NCBI GenBank assembly: GCA_024975835.1
Contig: GCA_024975835.1_4840.1
Length of the DNA stretch: 64,000 nucleotides
Origin: a phage
Strand: one strand, 5' to 3'
This document shows positions 49,551 to 59,162 of this stretch, piece after piece; the stretch's first letter is position 1, and every line of letters begins with the position of its first letter. A program made the position numbers and the translations under genes. The notes below the pieces were generated by a model that searched no databases, was not told the origin of the DNA, and saw only the letters and a list, made by a program, of their open reading frames with translations.

Positions 49551-49552
49551 AA

Positions 49553-50743
49553 ATGGCCGATTTTCTGAGTCAATACACAGGTCAGCAGATTGATGCAATC
49601 CTTTCTTCTGTTGACGATAAAATAAGCAAGACTGATGTTGTCAACGATTTCGCTGTTGATGATCCGTTGTTCCCTCCTTCAGCTCATTTGACATACGAGC
49701 TGAAGCGTTCTGTGGATAATATCTACGACACACTGGAAAACAAAGTGATCCGCACCGACGGTGGTGAACAAACGATCAACGGGAGAAAGACTTTTGTTGC
49801 GTTGTTGACCGCCAACGGCGGCCTGACTGTTCCGGCTGGAAAGAAACTTTCTATCGCGGATGAGCCTACGATAGCGACAGATGGTGTTAACCTGAGCATG
49901 TTGAGAAAGCATGGTGTCAGTGAAGACACTACCCCACCTGGTTCTGGTTTGGCTGGGGAGTTGTTGGCATCCGGATATTACAAATTCAATTTGGATTTCA
50001 CCAAATTGTCTGCGTATATCGGATCAACGTTGCCGACTTCAATCCCAGTACAAACAGATTCTGGAGCGCGTTATTGGACAATGACTGCATTTTTTGATGC
50101 GTTGTTTGCAGATAACCGATTTAATGGATATGTGACAACGACAGCGTATGATGCAGATATGCTGAGTTTAGAGTCCCAGATTAATAACATCAACACATCG
50201 TTGAACGGGAAAGTCAACACATCGACTTACAACACTAAGATGGCGTCATTGGATTTGAGTATCTCCAATATCAATACGTCTCTGGGTAATAAAGTCGAGG
50301 TCAGCACGTACAACACGAAGATGACATCTCTGGATAACAGCATCAGTTCTCTTTCCAGTGATAAAGTTAATGTATCAACGTATAATGCCAAGATGACCTC
50401 TGTCGACAATAGTTTAGGGAACGCCGTTTATCGTACCAAAACGAATTTGTCTTCTTACACGGTTTCGGCTTCTGGGACGACGGCTCTTCCAGATTTTGAT
50501 TTGGTGAACCTTTGTCAAATACTGGTGACCGCGCAATGGGGAACAGGTAACGTTGTTGATACATATCGAGTAACCATAACTCGCGACGGAACTATCAAAT
50601 CGGAGTTGTTGGTTCAGAAAAGTACGAGCGGTACAGTGACGTTCACAGGTTCTGTGGTGGGTGGTAAATTGAGAATTTCCGTTGTTAATGCGAACACGAC
50701 GACTGCGTGCTACGTTGACTACAATCTAGTCGCTTCTTTCTAA
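49553..50743 (+). CDS. tail-fibre-like protein with tandem 23-aa repeats
   Basis: 396 aa; repeats of the type N(I/T)SL(N/G)xKVxxSTYNxKM(A/T)SLDxS in the central region. Confidence 0.5.
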   Translation: MADFLSQYTGQQIDAILSSVDDKISKTDVVNDFAVDDPLFPPSAHLTYELKRSVDNIYDTLENKVIRTDGGEQTINGRKTFVALLTANGGLTVPAGKKLSIADEPTIATDGVNLSMLRKHGVSEDTTPPGSGLAGELLASGYYKFNLDFTKLSAYIGSTLPTSIPVQTDSGARYWTMTAFFDALFADNRFNGYVTTTAYDADMLSLESQINNINTSLNGKVNTSTYNTKMASLDLSISNINTSLGNKVEVSTYNTKMTSLDNSISSLSSDKVNVSTYNAKMTSVDNSLGNAVYRTKTNLSSYTVSASGTTALPDFDLVNLCQILVTAQWGTGNVVDTYRVTITRDGTIKSELLVQKSTSGTVTFTGSVVGGKLRISVVNANTTTACYVDYNLVASF

Positions 50744-50751
50744 AGTGAAAA

Positions 50752-50758
50752 CTAAATA
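50752..50758 (+). promoter_or_regulatory. late-promoter-like CTAAATA motif
   Basis: ACTAAATACCCC 38 nt upstream of the ATG at 50796. Confidence 0.4.
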
Positions 50759-50795
50759 CCCCTAGATGAAACGAACACATTTAGGGGTATTTGAA

Positions 50796-53700
50796 ATGGC
50801 TAATAAACCAACACAGCCTGTTTTCCCTCTCGGTCTGGTGGCTGAAGAGCAGTCTACTTTGGCTGGTGTCGTCAACACGGGTACGATTGAGCATGGACCA
50901 GATGCTGTCCTGACTTTACCCGAGGGTAATGCCAGCGCAGGACTCCCGTCTTCCGTTCGCTACAATGCCGACTCCGACGAATTTGAGGGCTTCTATGAAA
51001 ATGGTGGATGGTTGCCGCTGGGTGGCGGTGGTATCCGCTGGGAAGTCCTTCCGCATGCCTCTACGGCAACGCTCACTGAAGGGCGAGGCTATCTCATTAA
51101 TAATACCACAGGGGCATCTACAGTGGTTCTCCCTTCCCCTACGCGTGTTGGGGATTCTGTTACTATTTGCGACGCTTATGGGAAATTTGCCACTTACCCA
51201 TTGACTGTGTCTCCTTCTGGAAATAATTTGTATGGCTCCACTGAAGACATGGCTATAACAACTGATAACGTATCAGCAACGTTCACTTGGTCTGGACCTG
51301 AACAAGGTTGGATTATTACATCCGGCGTCGGTCTTGGCCAAGGTCGTGTCTACAGTCGTGAAATCTTTACAAAAATTTTGGCGTCTGAGACAAGTTCTGT
51401 CACTCTCAATACTCCACCAACAATCGTGGACGTGTATGCTGATGGAAAACGTCTTGCGGAATCCAAATATTCACTAGATGGGAATGTAATCACTTTCAGT
51501 CCTTCTTTGCCAGCCAGCACAGAACTTCAGGTGATTGAATATACTCCTATTCAATTGGGTATTGGGGATGGTTCTGGCTCTTCCACGATTACCTGGGTCT
51601 ATAATGGGGGTTCAGCGATTGGTGGTGAAACCGAAATCACGTTGGACGTCGTTGTTGATGATGTTCCGGCCATTGATATAAACGGAAGTCGCCAGTATAA
51701 AAATCTGGGGTTCACATTCGATCCATTAACCAGTAAAATCACTCTTGCGCAAGAACTGGAACCAGAGGATGAAGTTGTTGTAATTATCAATGGAACACCA
51801 AACATCTATAATCAAATTGATCATACTTTGCGGGAAGTTGCTCGCGCAACCAATGTTAAAGATACAGAGGTCGTTTATTTTAGTGTTGGTGCTGCGTTAA
51901 GTGGGTATAAAGTTATTTATGACAAGGAGACGCAAAGGGCTTATCCCTTGCCTGCTGATATTGCCCCTGGTACTACTGCTGTCAGTCTTAGTTCTTCCGC
52001 TGTACTTGTGCATTCAGCGGGTTCTGTAGACCTCGGGGAATTGGCTGTTACTCGTGAAGAGTACGTCACATTGTCCGGAACATTTGATACTGGTGTAACA
52101 GTTAATACCAAGAATGAACTGGTTGTTTTTACTGATGGTAAGTACCGTTGGGATGGGGTGTTGCCTAAAGAAGTTTCTGCTGGCTCAACTCCAGAGACTG
52201 CTGGTGGTGTAGGTGCGGGAAAATGGTTGAGTGTTGGTGATGTATCATTGAGAGCCGACTTACTGTCAGGTGGCATGACTGATTTAATTGGATTTCCTGG
52301 GTACAACAATCTTACAGCATTCTTGCATACCACTGTTCGTACAGTAGAAGAGTTCAGAAGTGACGGACTAACTGACGCACAGGTATTCCAAGCGGCAATC
52401 AATGCAGGTAACGTGCGTGTGCCAGCAGGTAGCGTTATTAACATCACAGGGAATATTGATATCACTATCCCAGCCAATCGTTTAATTGTTGTAGATGACG
52501 GAGGTATATTACGCTCTAACGGTCGTTTTACAGCTTACGGCGTAAACGATGTTCATTGGGTAATTAACGGACTAGTTGAAAGCACTGGCATGGTTGCGGC
52601 CCCGGCAAAATCTGGATGGCCCAATACAGCAGAAGGCACTCAAGCGGGAGATGAGCGTGGGTTTATTGAGTTTGGTGGTGTTGTATTCGCCGGTAACGAT
52701 GGGAAGAATTATTCTGTAACTGGTTCAGGGCACATTCAGGGTCCATGGTCTGGAACTCCTAACGTTTCAGATTTAGCCAATCAGTTAAATAAAAAGGGTA
52801 TTGCTGCGTGGAACTGCTCAGGATTCACTGTTGAAGGCGTTAGTATCGACGGCTTTGAAGGTGAGCAAGTGTATTGGTTTGCTCGCAACGCAGACAACAG
52901 AGACGCAATTTTCAATAGAGTAAAAAGTACCAATGCACGTTTTAACGCCCTGAACATGAACGTGTACAGCGCAACAAAAAATATTCGTGTGATCGATTGT
53001 TACACCAATAATTCGTACAACGGAATTGAATCATCTGCTGGTGATATCATTAACACAATCCATGACAATCCGGTTAACACAGGTATTCTGTTTGGTTCAG
53101 GTACTGGTGGTGGCAACCGATTAATTGAAGGCAATCAGGTGAACGAATGCCTCGGAACACCTTATTCACTACTTTATAATAAGGACTATGAAAGTCGTGG
53201 GTATGTACCTAACGTTACAGTGGTAAACAACACCGCAACAAACCCCGGCGTTCACTTCATCGCCATCTCAGGCATCACTGGATTCAAAGTCGCCAACAAT
53301 ACATGTTACGGGCTTAAAACAGGTAGATTTATTCAGGCCACCGTTTTACAAGGCGGTATTATAGAAAATAATACTAACTACAAACCATCACCAGGGACAG
53401 AGCACGTCTATCGTGGCGAATGTTATAGCGTAGAAGAGCATAATAACGCGCGTGTACTTTTAGGCGGTTCGTATGTTACTGCCGCCGCGTCAGACCACGC
53501 CATAACCGGGGGGAATTCAAGCGCTATAACGACATTCGGCAATCGTGAAAACTTCAAGGATTTACGTGCTGACAGTCCAGCAATCGGAACTGGCGCAGAA
53601 CTTAGATACTCTGTTGATATAGGCGCCGCATTTACTCCTGTATCGTTAAGTATGCAACTGACCACATATGGGGGTTCAGGCGCTCAAGCTGACTGGTCTA

Positions 53701-54275
53701 TCAATAACCTAAAGATAAATCCTAATGATGTACTTGGGCAGTCATGGGTGTCTCGACATACAGGACATTGGGAACCTGGGACTGATGGTATACAAAATTT
53801 CGGGTCACCAACGCGCCGTGTTAACAACAGCTATTTCACGGTAGCGCCTACTGTAACGTCTAATGAAATGGCTAAAACTGCGCTGTTAGATCTATCTGAA
53901 GCAGAACGTAACGCGGCATTAGAAATTAAAGATAACATTCGCAAGTATAAGCTATTAGATGCTATCGCTATTAAAGGGGAGGATGGTGCCCGTTGGCACT
54001 TCGGTGTGGGTGCACAAACGGTAGGCGATATAATGAGAAAACATGGACTTAATCCTGCTGACTATGGGTTTTGGTGTCACGATACATGGGAAGACCAATA
54101 CACGGATGTAATGAAAAAAATTTATACCGGAAATACCGTTGTAAATGAGGAAGGACTTTCAGTTCCTGAATACACATTAGAACCAACAGGTGAAAGGATG
54201 CTTGTTAGGACCGCCGGAGAAAACTACGGCATTCGTTATGATGAATTGTCTATGTTTATATTAAGTGCAATATAA
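50796..54275 (+). CDS. tailspike protein 1 (beta-helix depolymerase-like, C-terminal chaperone-like domain)
   Basis: Start at MANKPTQ (AGGGG upstream); conserved anchor module around residues 350-480; pectate-lyase-like repeats in the middle; C-terminal GARWHFG...GIRYDE domain shared with tailspike 2. Confidence 0.65.
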   Translation: MANKPTQPVFPLGLVAEEQSTLAGVVNTGTIEHGPDAVLTLPEGNASAGLPSSVRYNADSDEFEGFYENGGWLPLGGGGIRWEVLPHASTATLTEGRGYLINNTTGASTVVLPSPTRVGDSVTICDAYGKFATYPLTVSPSGNNLYGSTEDMAITTDNVSATFTWSGPEQGWIITSGVGLGQGRVYSREIFTKILASETSSVTLNTPPTIVDVYADGKRLAESKYSLDGNVITFSPSLPASTELQVIEYTPIQLGIGDGSGSSTITWVYNGGSAIGGETEITLDVVVDDVPAIDINGSRQYKNLGFTFDPLTSKITLAQELEPEDEVVVIINGTPNIYNQIDHTLREVARATNVKDTEVVYFSVGAALSGYKVIYDKETQRAYPLPADIAPGTTAVSLSSSAVLVHSAGSVDLGELAVTREEYVTLSGTFDTGVTVNTKNELVVFTDGKYRWDGVLPKEVSAGSTPETAGGVGAGKWLSVGDVSLRADLLSGGMTDLIGFPGYNNLTAFLHTTVRTVEEFRSDGLTDAQVFQAAINAGNVRVPAGSVINITGNIDITIPANRLIVVDDGGILRSNGRFTAYGVNDVHWVINGLVESTGMVAAPAKSGWPNTAEGTQAGDERGFIEFGGVVFAGNDGKNYSVTGSGHIQGPWSGTPNVSDLANQLNKKGIAAWNCSGFTVEGVSIDGFEGEQVYWFARNADNRDAIFNRVKSTNARFNALNMNVYSATKNIRVIDCYTNNSYNGIESSAGDIINTIHDNPVNTGILFGSGTGGGNRLIEGNQVNECLGTPYSLLYNKDYESRGYVPNVTVVNNTATNPGVHFIAISGITGFKVANNTCYGLKTGRFIQATVLQGGIIENNTNYKPSPGTEHVYRGECYSVEEHNNARVLLGGSYVTAAASDHAITGGNSSAITTFGNRENFKDLRADSPAIGTGAELRYSVDIGAAFTPVSLSMQLTTYGGSGAQADWSINNLKINPNDVLGQSWVSRHTGHWEPGTDGIQNFGSPTRRVNNSYFTVAPTVTSNEMAKTALLDLSEAERNAALEIKDNIRKYKLLDAIAIKGEDGARWHFGVGAQTVGDIMRKHGLNPADYGFWCHDTWEDQYTDVMKKIYTGNTVVNEEGLSVPEYTLEPTGERMLVRTAGENYGIRYDELSMFILSAI

Positions 54276-54281
54276 CAAAAA

Positions 54282-54306
54282 CCCCGCTTTGGCGGGGTTC
54301 TTATTA
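54282..54306 (+). terminator. intrinsic terminator
   Basis: CCCCGC-TTTG-GCGGGG hairpin followed by TTCTTATTAT. Confidence 0.7.
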
Positions 54307-54310
54307 TACC

Positions 54311-54374
54311 TTTGTTCATAAATTTATTAGTTCAGACTAAATACCCTATATTGGCAAATCCTTTATGGGGTATT
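54311..54374 (+). repeat. 64-bp direct repeat, copy 1 (promoter/leader cassette)
   Basis: Identical except one base to 56971..57034; contains CTAAATACCC and the RBS/start context of tailspike 2. Confidence 0.7.
54337..54343 (+). promoter_or_regulatory. late-promoter-like CTAAATA motif
   Basis: 35 nt upstream of the ATG at 54378. Confidence 0.4.
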
Positions 54375-54377
54375 ATC

Positions 54378-56696
54378 ATGATTTCTCAATTCAATCAACC
54401 ACGCGGCTCCGCTTCCATAGAAGTTAACAAACAATCTATCGCTCGAAATTTCGGTGTCAAAGAAGACGAAGTCGTTTATTTCACTGCTGGTATTGATCTC
54501 AGTGGATTTAAAGTAATTTATGATGAGACCACCCAACGGGCTTATTCTCTCCCTTCCGGTATTGTTTCAGGGACAACTGCAATTAGTCTGGACGAACGAG
54601 CTATCCTCACTCATTCCGCTGGTTCTGTTGATCTAGGGGAACTTGCCGTAGCCAGAGAAGAATATGTAACCTTACCTGGTTCATTTGATACCGGTGTAAC
54701 CGTCAATGCTAAGAATGAATTGGTTGTCTTTACCGACGGCAAGTACCGTTGGGATGGGGAGATTCCCAAAATAGTACCTGTCAACACAACCCCTAAAGAT
54801 ACTGGGGGTGTTGGTCTAGGGGCATGGTTAAGAGTCGGCGATGCATCTTTGCGTTCTGAAGTTTACTCAAATATGGCTTGGGTTTCTCCTGAAATGTACG
54901 GTGCACTTGAAACGGAATCTGATGCGGATACTCAAGCTGTTATAGATGCGTTTATTACCGCGAAGACAATGGGGCTGGCTGTGAAGCTGTCCAGAATATA
55001 TAAGTGTGATCAAAACATATCAGTAGCTAATTTTTACGGAGATATTTTTGGCGTAAGTATGGCCACATGCGGAATAAAATTTGCTGCTGGATATGGTCTT
55101 ATCATTGATAACTCTGGGACCACAGTAGTACGCAAACCTGTAGGTCTTTGTAATTTCACCATTAAAGCCACTGGTAAACGACAAGGCACTGCTCTAGAGT
55201 TTCTAGGTACTGGTGGAATAGCTTATGCACGACAACTTATTGTAAGAGATTTAGATGTATCAAATGATGCTGGAACCCCTACCTCTTTTGATGTAGTATT
55301 CAAGTTAAACCGTGCAGGTCAATGTGTATTTGATGGGGTGAATGTCGCTGGCGGTGGCACAAGCGACCCCAACGCTCGCATGGGCAAAATATTCGACCTG
55401 TACTCAACAAAGAATATCAATGTTGTCAACGGTTCTTATCAGAACTTCGACACCTTCATGTACGCGCATGACGATACCGAAGGTGTTGTGGTTTTCGGTA
55501 ACCACATCATCGCAGGTCGTCGTGGTGTTGTCTCAGAAAACAATGTTGGCAACTTGTTCCAGGTAACGAACAACCACTTCAACACATCGTTGAGTGCTGT
55601 AGAGTTGGGCGATCTGTCTAACAACGGTGGGAACCATAGCATAATCACCGACAACTTCTGTATGGTATGGAATGGGATTCCTGAAGATGATACTACGCCA
55701 TATATCGGGTTCAAGTCCTGTGCCATGTACGGAACCTATAGTGATAATGAGGTGCTTCTGTCTGGTTTCACTAAAGACGTTACTCACACCTTGTTTACTT
55801 CTAATGCCACAGGGACCAGAACGGCACAATACAATATAGTAAGCAACCCAAGAGTTAATAATTGTACCAGAGGCATTCATATGCTGGCTGGCACCCAATC
55901 GAACCATGTGAGCAACGTCCAGCGCGTAGGCGTAACACTGGCAAATGCCATCATAGATGAAGGGGCAAACAACAGGTCATGGATGTTTGATGTAGATAAT
56001 AATGCATTTATGACCAGAAACATAAAATTGTGCACTCCAGGTTCAGCCGTTGCGCAGCAAATTCGTTTTTACTCCGCTACTGATGCAAATACACCAAGCG
56101 CCATTCTCCGAGTATCTGGAGGCGTTGCCGGTGTTGGCGGGGATGGGACGGCAGAGCTTACTGCTGGTACTACCGTCTTTAAAAACATTAGACCGTCAGC
56201 TGCAAACACTTATAGCTGCGGATCTAGCGGTGCACCGTGGTCTGGCGGGTTCACACAAACTGCATTCACCGTGACATCTGATGCTGATTACAAATCAGAT
56301 CCACTGCTGATGACTGATGATATTCTTGATGCAGCAGAAGAGGTACAACTTGTCCAGTATCAATATCTCGACAGGATTGAAGAAAAAGGAGCTGACGGTG
56401 CCCGCTGGCACTTCGGAGCCATTGCACAACGGTATGTAGAGGCATTTGAAAGACACGGGCTTGATGCTCATCGCTTTGGGTTCATCTGTTATGATGAATG
56501 GGGTGATGCTCCTGCTGTCATAGATGAAGATACTGGCGAAGTGATCACGCCAGCTATTGAGGCAGGATCAAGATACGGCATTCGTTATGAAGAAATGCTG
56601 GTAATGGAAGCAGCGCTGCAACGCAGAAACTATGCGCGGCTACTTGATAAATACGAAACACTTGAGGCTCGTATTAGCTCATTAGAGAATAAATAA
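54378..56696 (+). CDS. tailspike protein 2 (with C-terminal chaperone-like domain)
   Basis: Start at MISQFN; N-terminal anchor module nearly co-linear with that of tailspikes 1 and 4; C-terminal domain homologous to that of tailspike 1. Confidence 0.6.
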   Translation: MISQFNQPRGSASIEVNKQSIARNFGVKEDEVVYFTAGIDLSGFKVIYDETTQRAYSLPSGIVSGTTAISLDERAILTHSAGSVDLGELAVAREEYVTLPGSFDTGVTVNAKNELVVFTDGKYRWDGEIPKIVPVNTTPKDTGGVGLGAWLRVGDASLRSEVYSNMAWVSPEMYGALETESDADTQAVIDAFITAKTMGLAVKLSRIYKCDQNISVANFYGDIFGVSMATCGIKFAAGYGLIIDNSGTTVVRKPVGLCNFTIKATGKRQGTALEFLGTGGIAYARQLIVRDLDVSNDAGTPTSFDVVFKLNRAGQCVFDGVNVAGGGTSDPNARMGKIFDLYSTKNINVVNGSYQNFDTFMYAHDDTEGVVVFGNHIIAGRRGVVSENNVGNLFQVTNNHFNTSLSAVELGDLSNNGGNHSIITDNFCMVWNGIPEDDTTPYIGFKSCAMYGTYSDNEVLLSGFTKDVTHTLFTSNATGTRTAQYNIVSNPRVNNCTRGIHMLAGTQSNHVSNVQRVGVTLANAIIDEGANNRSWMFDVDNNAFMTRNIKLCTPGSAVAQQIRFYSATDANTPSAILRVSGGVAGVGGDGTAELTAGTTVFKNIRPSAANTYSCGSSGAPWSGGFTQTAFTVTSDADYKSDPLLMTDDILDAAEEVQLVQYQYLDRIEEKGADGARWHFGAIAQRYVEAFERHGLDAHRFGFICYDEWGDAPAVIDEDTGEVITPAIEAGSRYGIRYEEMLVMEAALQRRNYARLLDKYETLEARISSLENK

Positions 56697-56784
56697 AAAT
56701 CCTACTCTCCTGAGAGTACTATGTATATGCATTCGTTATTTACGGTTGTAAACTATAGTAATTACATTAACAATCCAATAGGTA

Positions 56785-56810
56785 AGCCCCAGCATATGGG
56801 CTTTTTGTTG
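56785..56810 (+). terminator. putative intrinsic terminator
   Basis: AGCCC-CAGCATAT-GGGCT hairpin followed by TTTTGTTG. Confidence 0.55.
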
Positions 56811-56941
56811 TACCCCAAACAATCCTTTATGTAGACTGTTTTAGTCAATTACGACTTAACTAACCTGAGAAAGTCCCTATGGGAAATGAACCAGATAACG
56901 TAACTCTAGCGAGAGACTGAGAAACATTTCGAAAACCAAAA

Positions 56942-56966
56942 CCCCGCTTCGGTGGGGTTTCTCTTA
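56942..56966 (+). terminator. intrinsic terminator (second, in tandem)
   Basis: CCCCGC-TTCG-GTGGGG hairpin followed by TTTCTCTT; near-copy of the 54282 terminator. Confidence 0.65.
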
Positions 56967-56970
56967 TACA

Positions 56971-57034
56971 TTTGTTCATAAATTTATTAGTTCAGACTAA
57001 ATACCCCATATTGGCAAATCCTTTATGGGGTATT
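56971..57034 (+). repeat. 64-bp direct repeat, copy 2 (promoter/leader cassette)
   Basis: 63 of 64 identical to 54311..54374. Confidence 0.7.
56997..57003 (+). promoter_or_regulatory. late-promoter-like CTAAATA motif
   Basis: 37 nt upstream of the ATG at 57040. Confidence 0.4.
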
Positions 57035-57039
57035 TTCAA

Positions 57040-59103
57040 ATGACCAGAAACGTCGAGAGCATCTTTGGAGCGGTCGTAACAGCTCCACACCAGATTCCAT
57101 ACACTTACACAGCAACTGGCGGAGAGAAGTTTATCTCCCTCCCTTTCTACCCTGTCACTGGAGTAGTCACAGTCAACGGTAGTATGCAAGTTCCGTTAGA
57201 CAACTTCGAGATAGACGGGAATACGTTAAACCTTGGGCGCGCATTATCCAAAGGCGATGTTGTGTTCTGTCTGTTTGATAAGATTCTTTCGCCAGAAGAT
57301 TATAAAACCGGGATTCGAATCTATAAGTTTCAGGCTGTAGGAGGTGAAACTGAGTTCACTCCTGATTTCACATCTTATGGAGTCCAATCTCTTTATATCG
57401 GTGGTGAGTACAAAACACCCGAAATTGAATATTCCTATAACAGCACGACAGGGAAAGTGTCTTTGCAAACTGCACTGACTGCAGGCGTTTGGGTTGTGGC
57501 TGAAATGTCTGCTAAACAACCGAATATCGGTCCGTTGTTTGACCGAAGTATTCAAGAAATCGCTCGTGCAGCTAACGTAAAAGACTCTGAAGTAATCCTT
57601 AGTACAGATAGTACCCAGTTCCTGAATGACAAGAAGATTGTTTATTCTGTTAGTGAACAGAAGGCTTATGGGTTACCAGTATTACCTACTAACGTATTCA
57701 TTCAGTCTGTGGATAATGGCAAGTTAACTTACTCCCCAGGTAACATTGCTGTAGACCTGGTTCCTGTTCCTGGCTCTGCTGAGTCACTTACTGCTTCGGA
57801 TGTTCCAACTACTTCTGGGGATTCCGTACAGGATGGGTTAGATAGTATTGATGTATTTATTGATACTGACTCATATAAGAGAGTTGGGGATATTCGCGGT
57901 TATACAACCACGCAGGATGTAACTCCTGTTAACGCAATTATTGCAGCAAATCAAGATGTTGGTATTATTCGGCTACCTAAGGGTAACTGGACTGGTAACT
58001 TTGCTCTGCTAAATAAAACTAGTTTAGATGGCACTTCACTTGCTACTACAACGTTAACTGTTCCAATTAATACAGCAGGTATTAAACCCTCCGGTACTGA
58101 TGTACGTGGTATTAACATTAGTAACATTGCTATGCAGGTGGTGGGTGCTGTGTCTGGTGGGGCACCAATTGGTACAGGTATTGGTCTGGATATGACTGGC
58201 TGTACTAAGATGGTTAACTGTACTATTTCTAATATCTATAGTGATTTCTTTGATATTGGTTTCAAAGCTGGCCCTGCTGATTTCTCTAACGTTTACAATA
58301 ACATTCGCTGTAATAACAACCGTATTGGTTTTGATATTTCTAGTAACGGGCAGATTATTGAGAATACCTGGAACAGCCCATATGCTGCTAACTGGACCCA
58401 GATTGGTATGAAGATTAGTGGTGTTGGTGGTCAGGTAATCAATGCACCAAACTTTGGGCATAATGGCACCGCTGGCGCTTACTTCATGCACATTGACACC
58501 AACTCCCGTGGAGTGATTATTAATGGTGCTAACTTCGAAATGGATGCTGTAGGTGGTAAACTTTCTGCTGGTAGCCAAGCAGTAATTGTAGCTTCTGACT
58601 CAGCAGTTACTTTTAATGCCCCTGTATTCAATAAGGTTGGTGCTGCTGGCCCTAATACCTATCTTTTTCGTATCCGTGGTACATGTGTAGTACATATTAA
58701 CAATCCGCAGATTTACAATGATGATGGGATTGTTGGACACTTACGTATTGAAGATACTGCTACTGTATATCTGAATGACCCTAAAGGCGTTATTACGGTA
58801 ATTTCTGTGGCAGCAGGTGCTAAGTTGATTCGTGTACATGAAAAACTGGCTAATGCACCTAGTTATACGGCTGTTCAATCAGTTCAGTCTGGTACAGTTG
58901 TAAACGTTGGTTTCTATCCTACGTATGCTATAGGTGTACCGGATTTCCATGCCAGCGCACTACCAGCTACATTTAAGTATGCCGTTACCTTTGATACGTA
59001 TAACTCTACCCATGGAACTATGGTAGCTAGGGTTTACGATACTACTACCGGGTTGTATGTTACTTCAGTATCTGTTCCCACATTCATTCAAGCATGGCGT
59101 TAG
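57040..59103 (+). CDS. tailspike protein 3
   Basis: Start at MTRNVES (track's upstream Met lies inside the repeat); shorter, divergent anchor region (IQEIARAANVKDSEV); Gly/Asn-rich beta-helix-like body. Confidence 0.6.
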   Translation: MTRNVESIFGAVVTAPHQIPYTYTATGGEKFISLPFYPVTGVVTVNGSMQVPLDNFEIDGNTLNLGRALSKGDVVFCLFDKILSPEDYKTGIRIYKFQAVGGETEFTPDFTSYGVQSLYIGGEYKTPEIEYSYNSTTGKVSLQTALTAGVWVVAEMSAKQPNIGPLFDRSIQEIARAANVKDSEVILSTDSTQFLNDKKIVYSVSEQKAYGLPVLPTNVFIQSVDNGKLTYSPGNIAVDLVPVPGSAESLTASDVPTTSGDSVQDGLDSIDVFIDTDSYKRVGDIRGYTTTQDVTPVNAIIAANQDVGIIRLPKGNWTGNFALLNKTSLDGTSLATTTLTVPINTAGIKPSGTDVRGINISNIAMQVVGAVSGGAPIGTGIGLDMTGCTKMVNCTISNIYSDFFDIGFKAGPADFSNVYNNIRCNNNRIGFDISSNGQIIENTWNSPYAANWTQIGMKISGVGGQVINAPNFGHNGTAGAYFMHIDTNSRGVIINGANFEMDAVGGKLSAGSQAVIVASDSAVTFNAPVFNKVGAAGPNTYLFRIRGTCVVHINNPQIYNDDGIVGHLRIEDTATVYLNDPKGVITVISVAAGAKLIRVHEKLANAPSYTAVQSVQSGTVVNVGFYPTYAIGVPDFHASALPATFKYAVTFDTYNSTHGTMVARVYDTTTGLYVTSVSVPTFIQAWR

Positions 59104-59109
59104 TAACTG

Positions 59110-59140
59110 CCCCCCCCTTCTCTCCTGGGAGGGGGGTTTC
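59110..59140 (+). terminator. putative terminator hairpin
   Basis: CCCCCCC...GGGGGG stem followed by TTTCC; loop unusually long. Confidence 0.5.
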
Positions 59141-59162
59141 CTAGAAAAACAAAGAGGTTTAT

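Noticed and set aside
51941-52477. 178-aa minus-strand ORF
   Set aside because: Antisense within tailspike 1; Ser/Thr/Pro-rich reverse-frame artefact.
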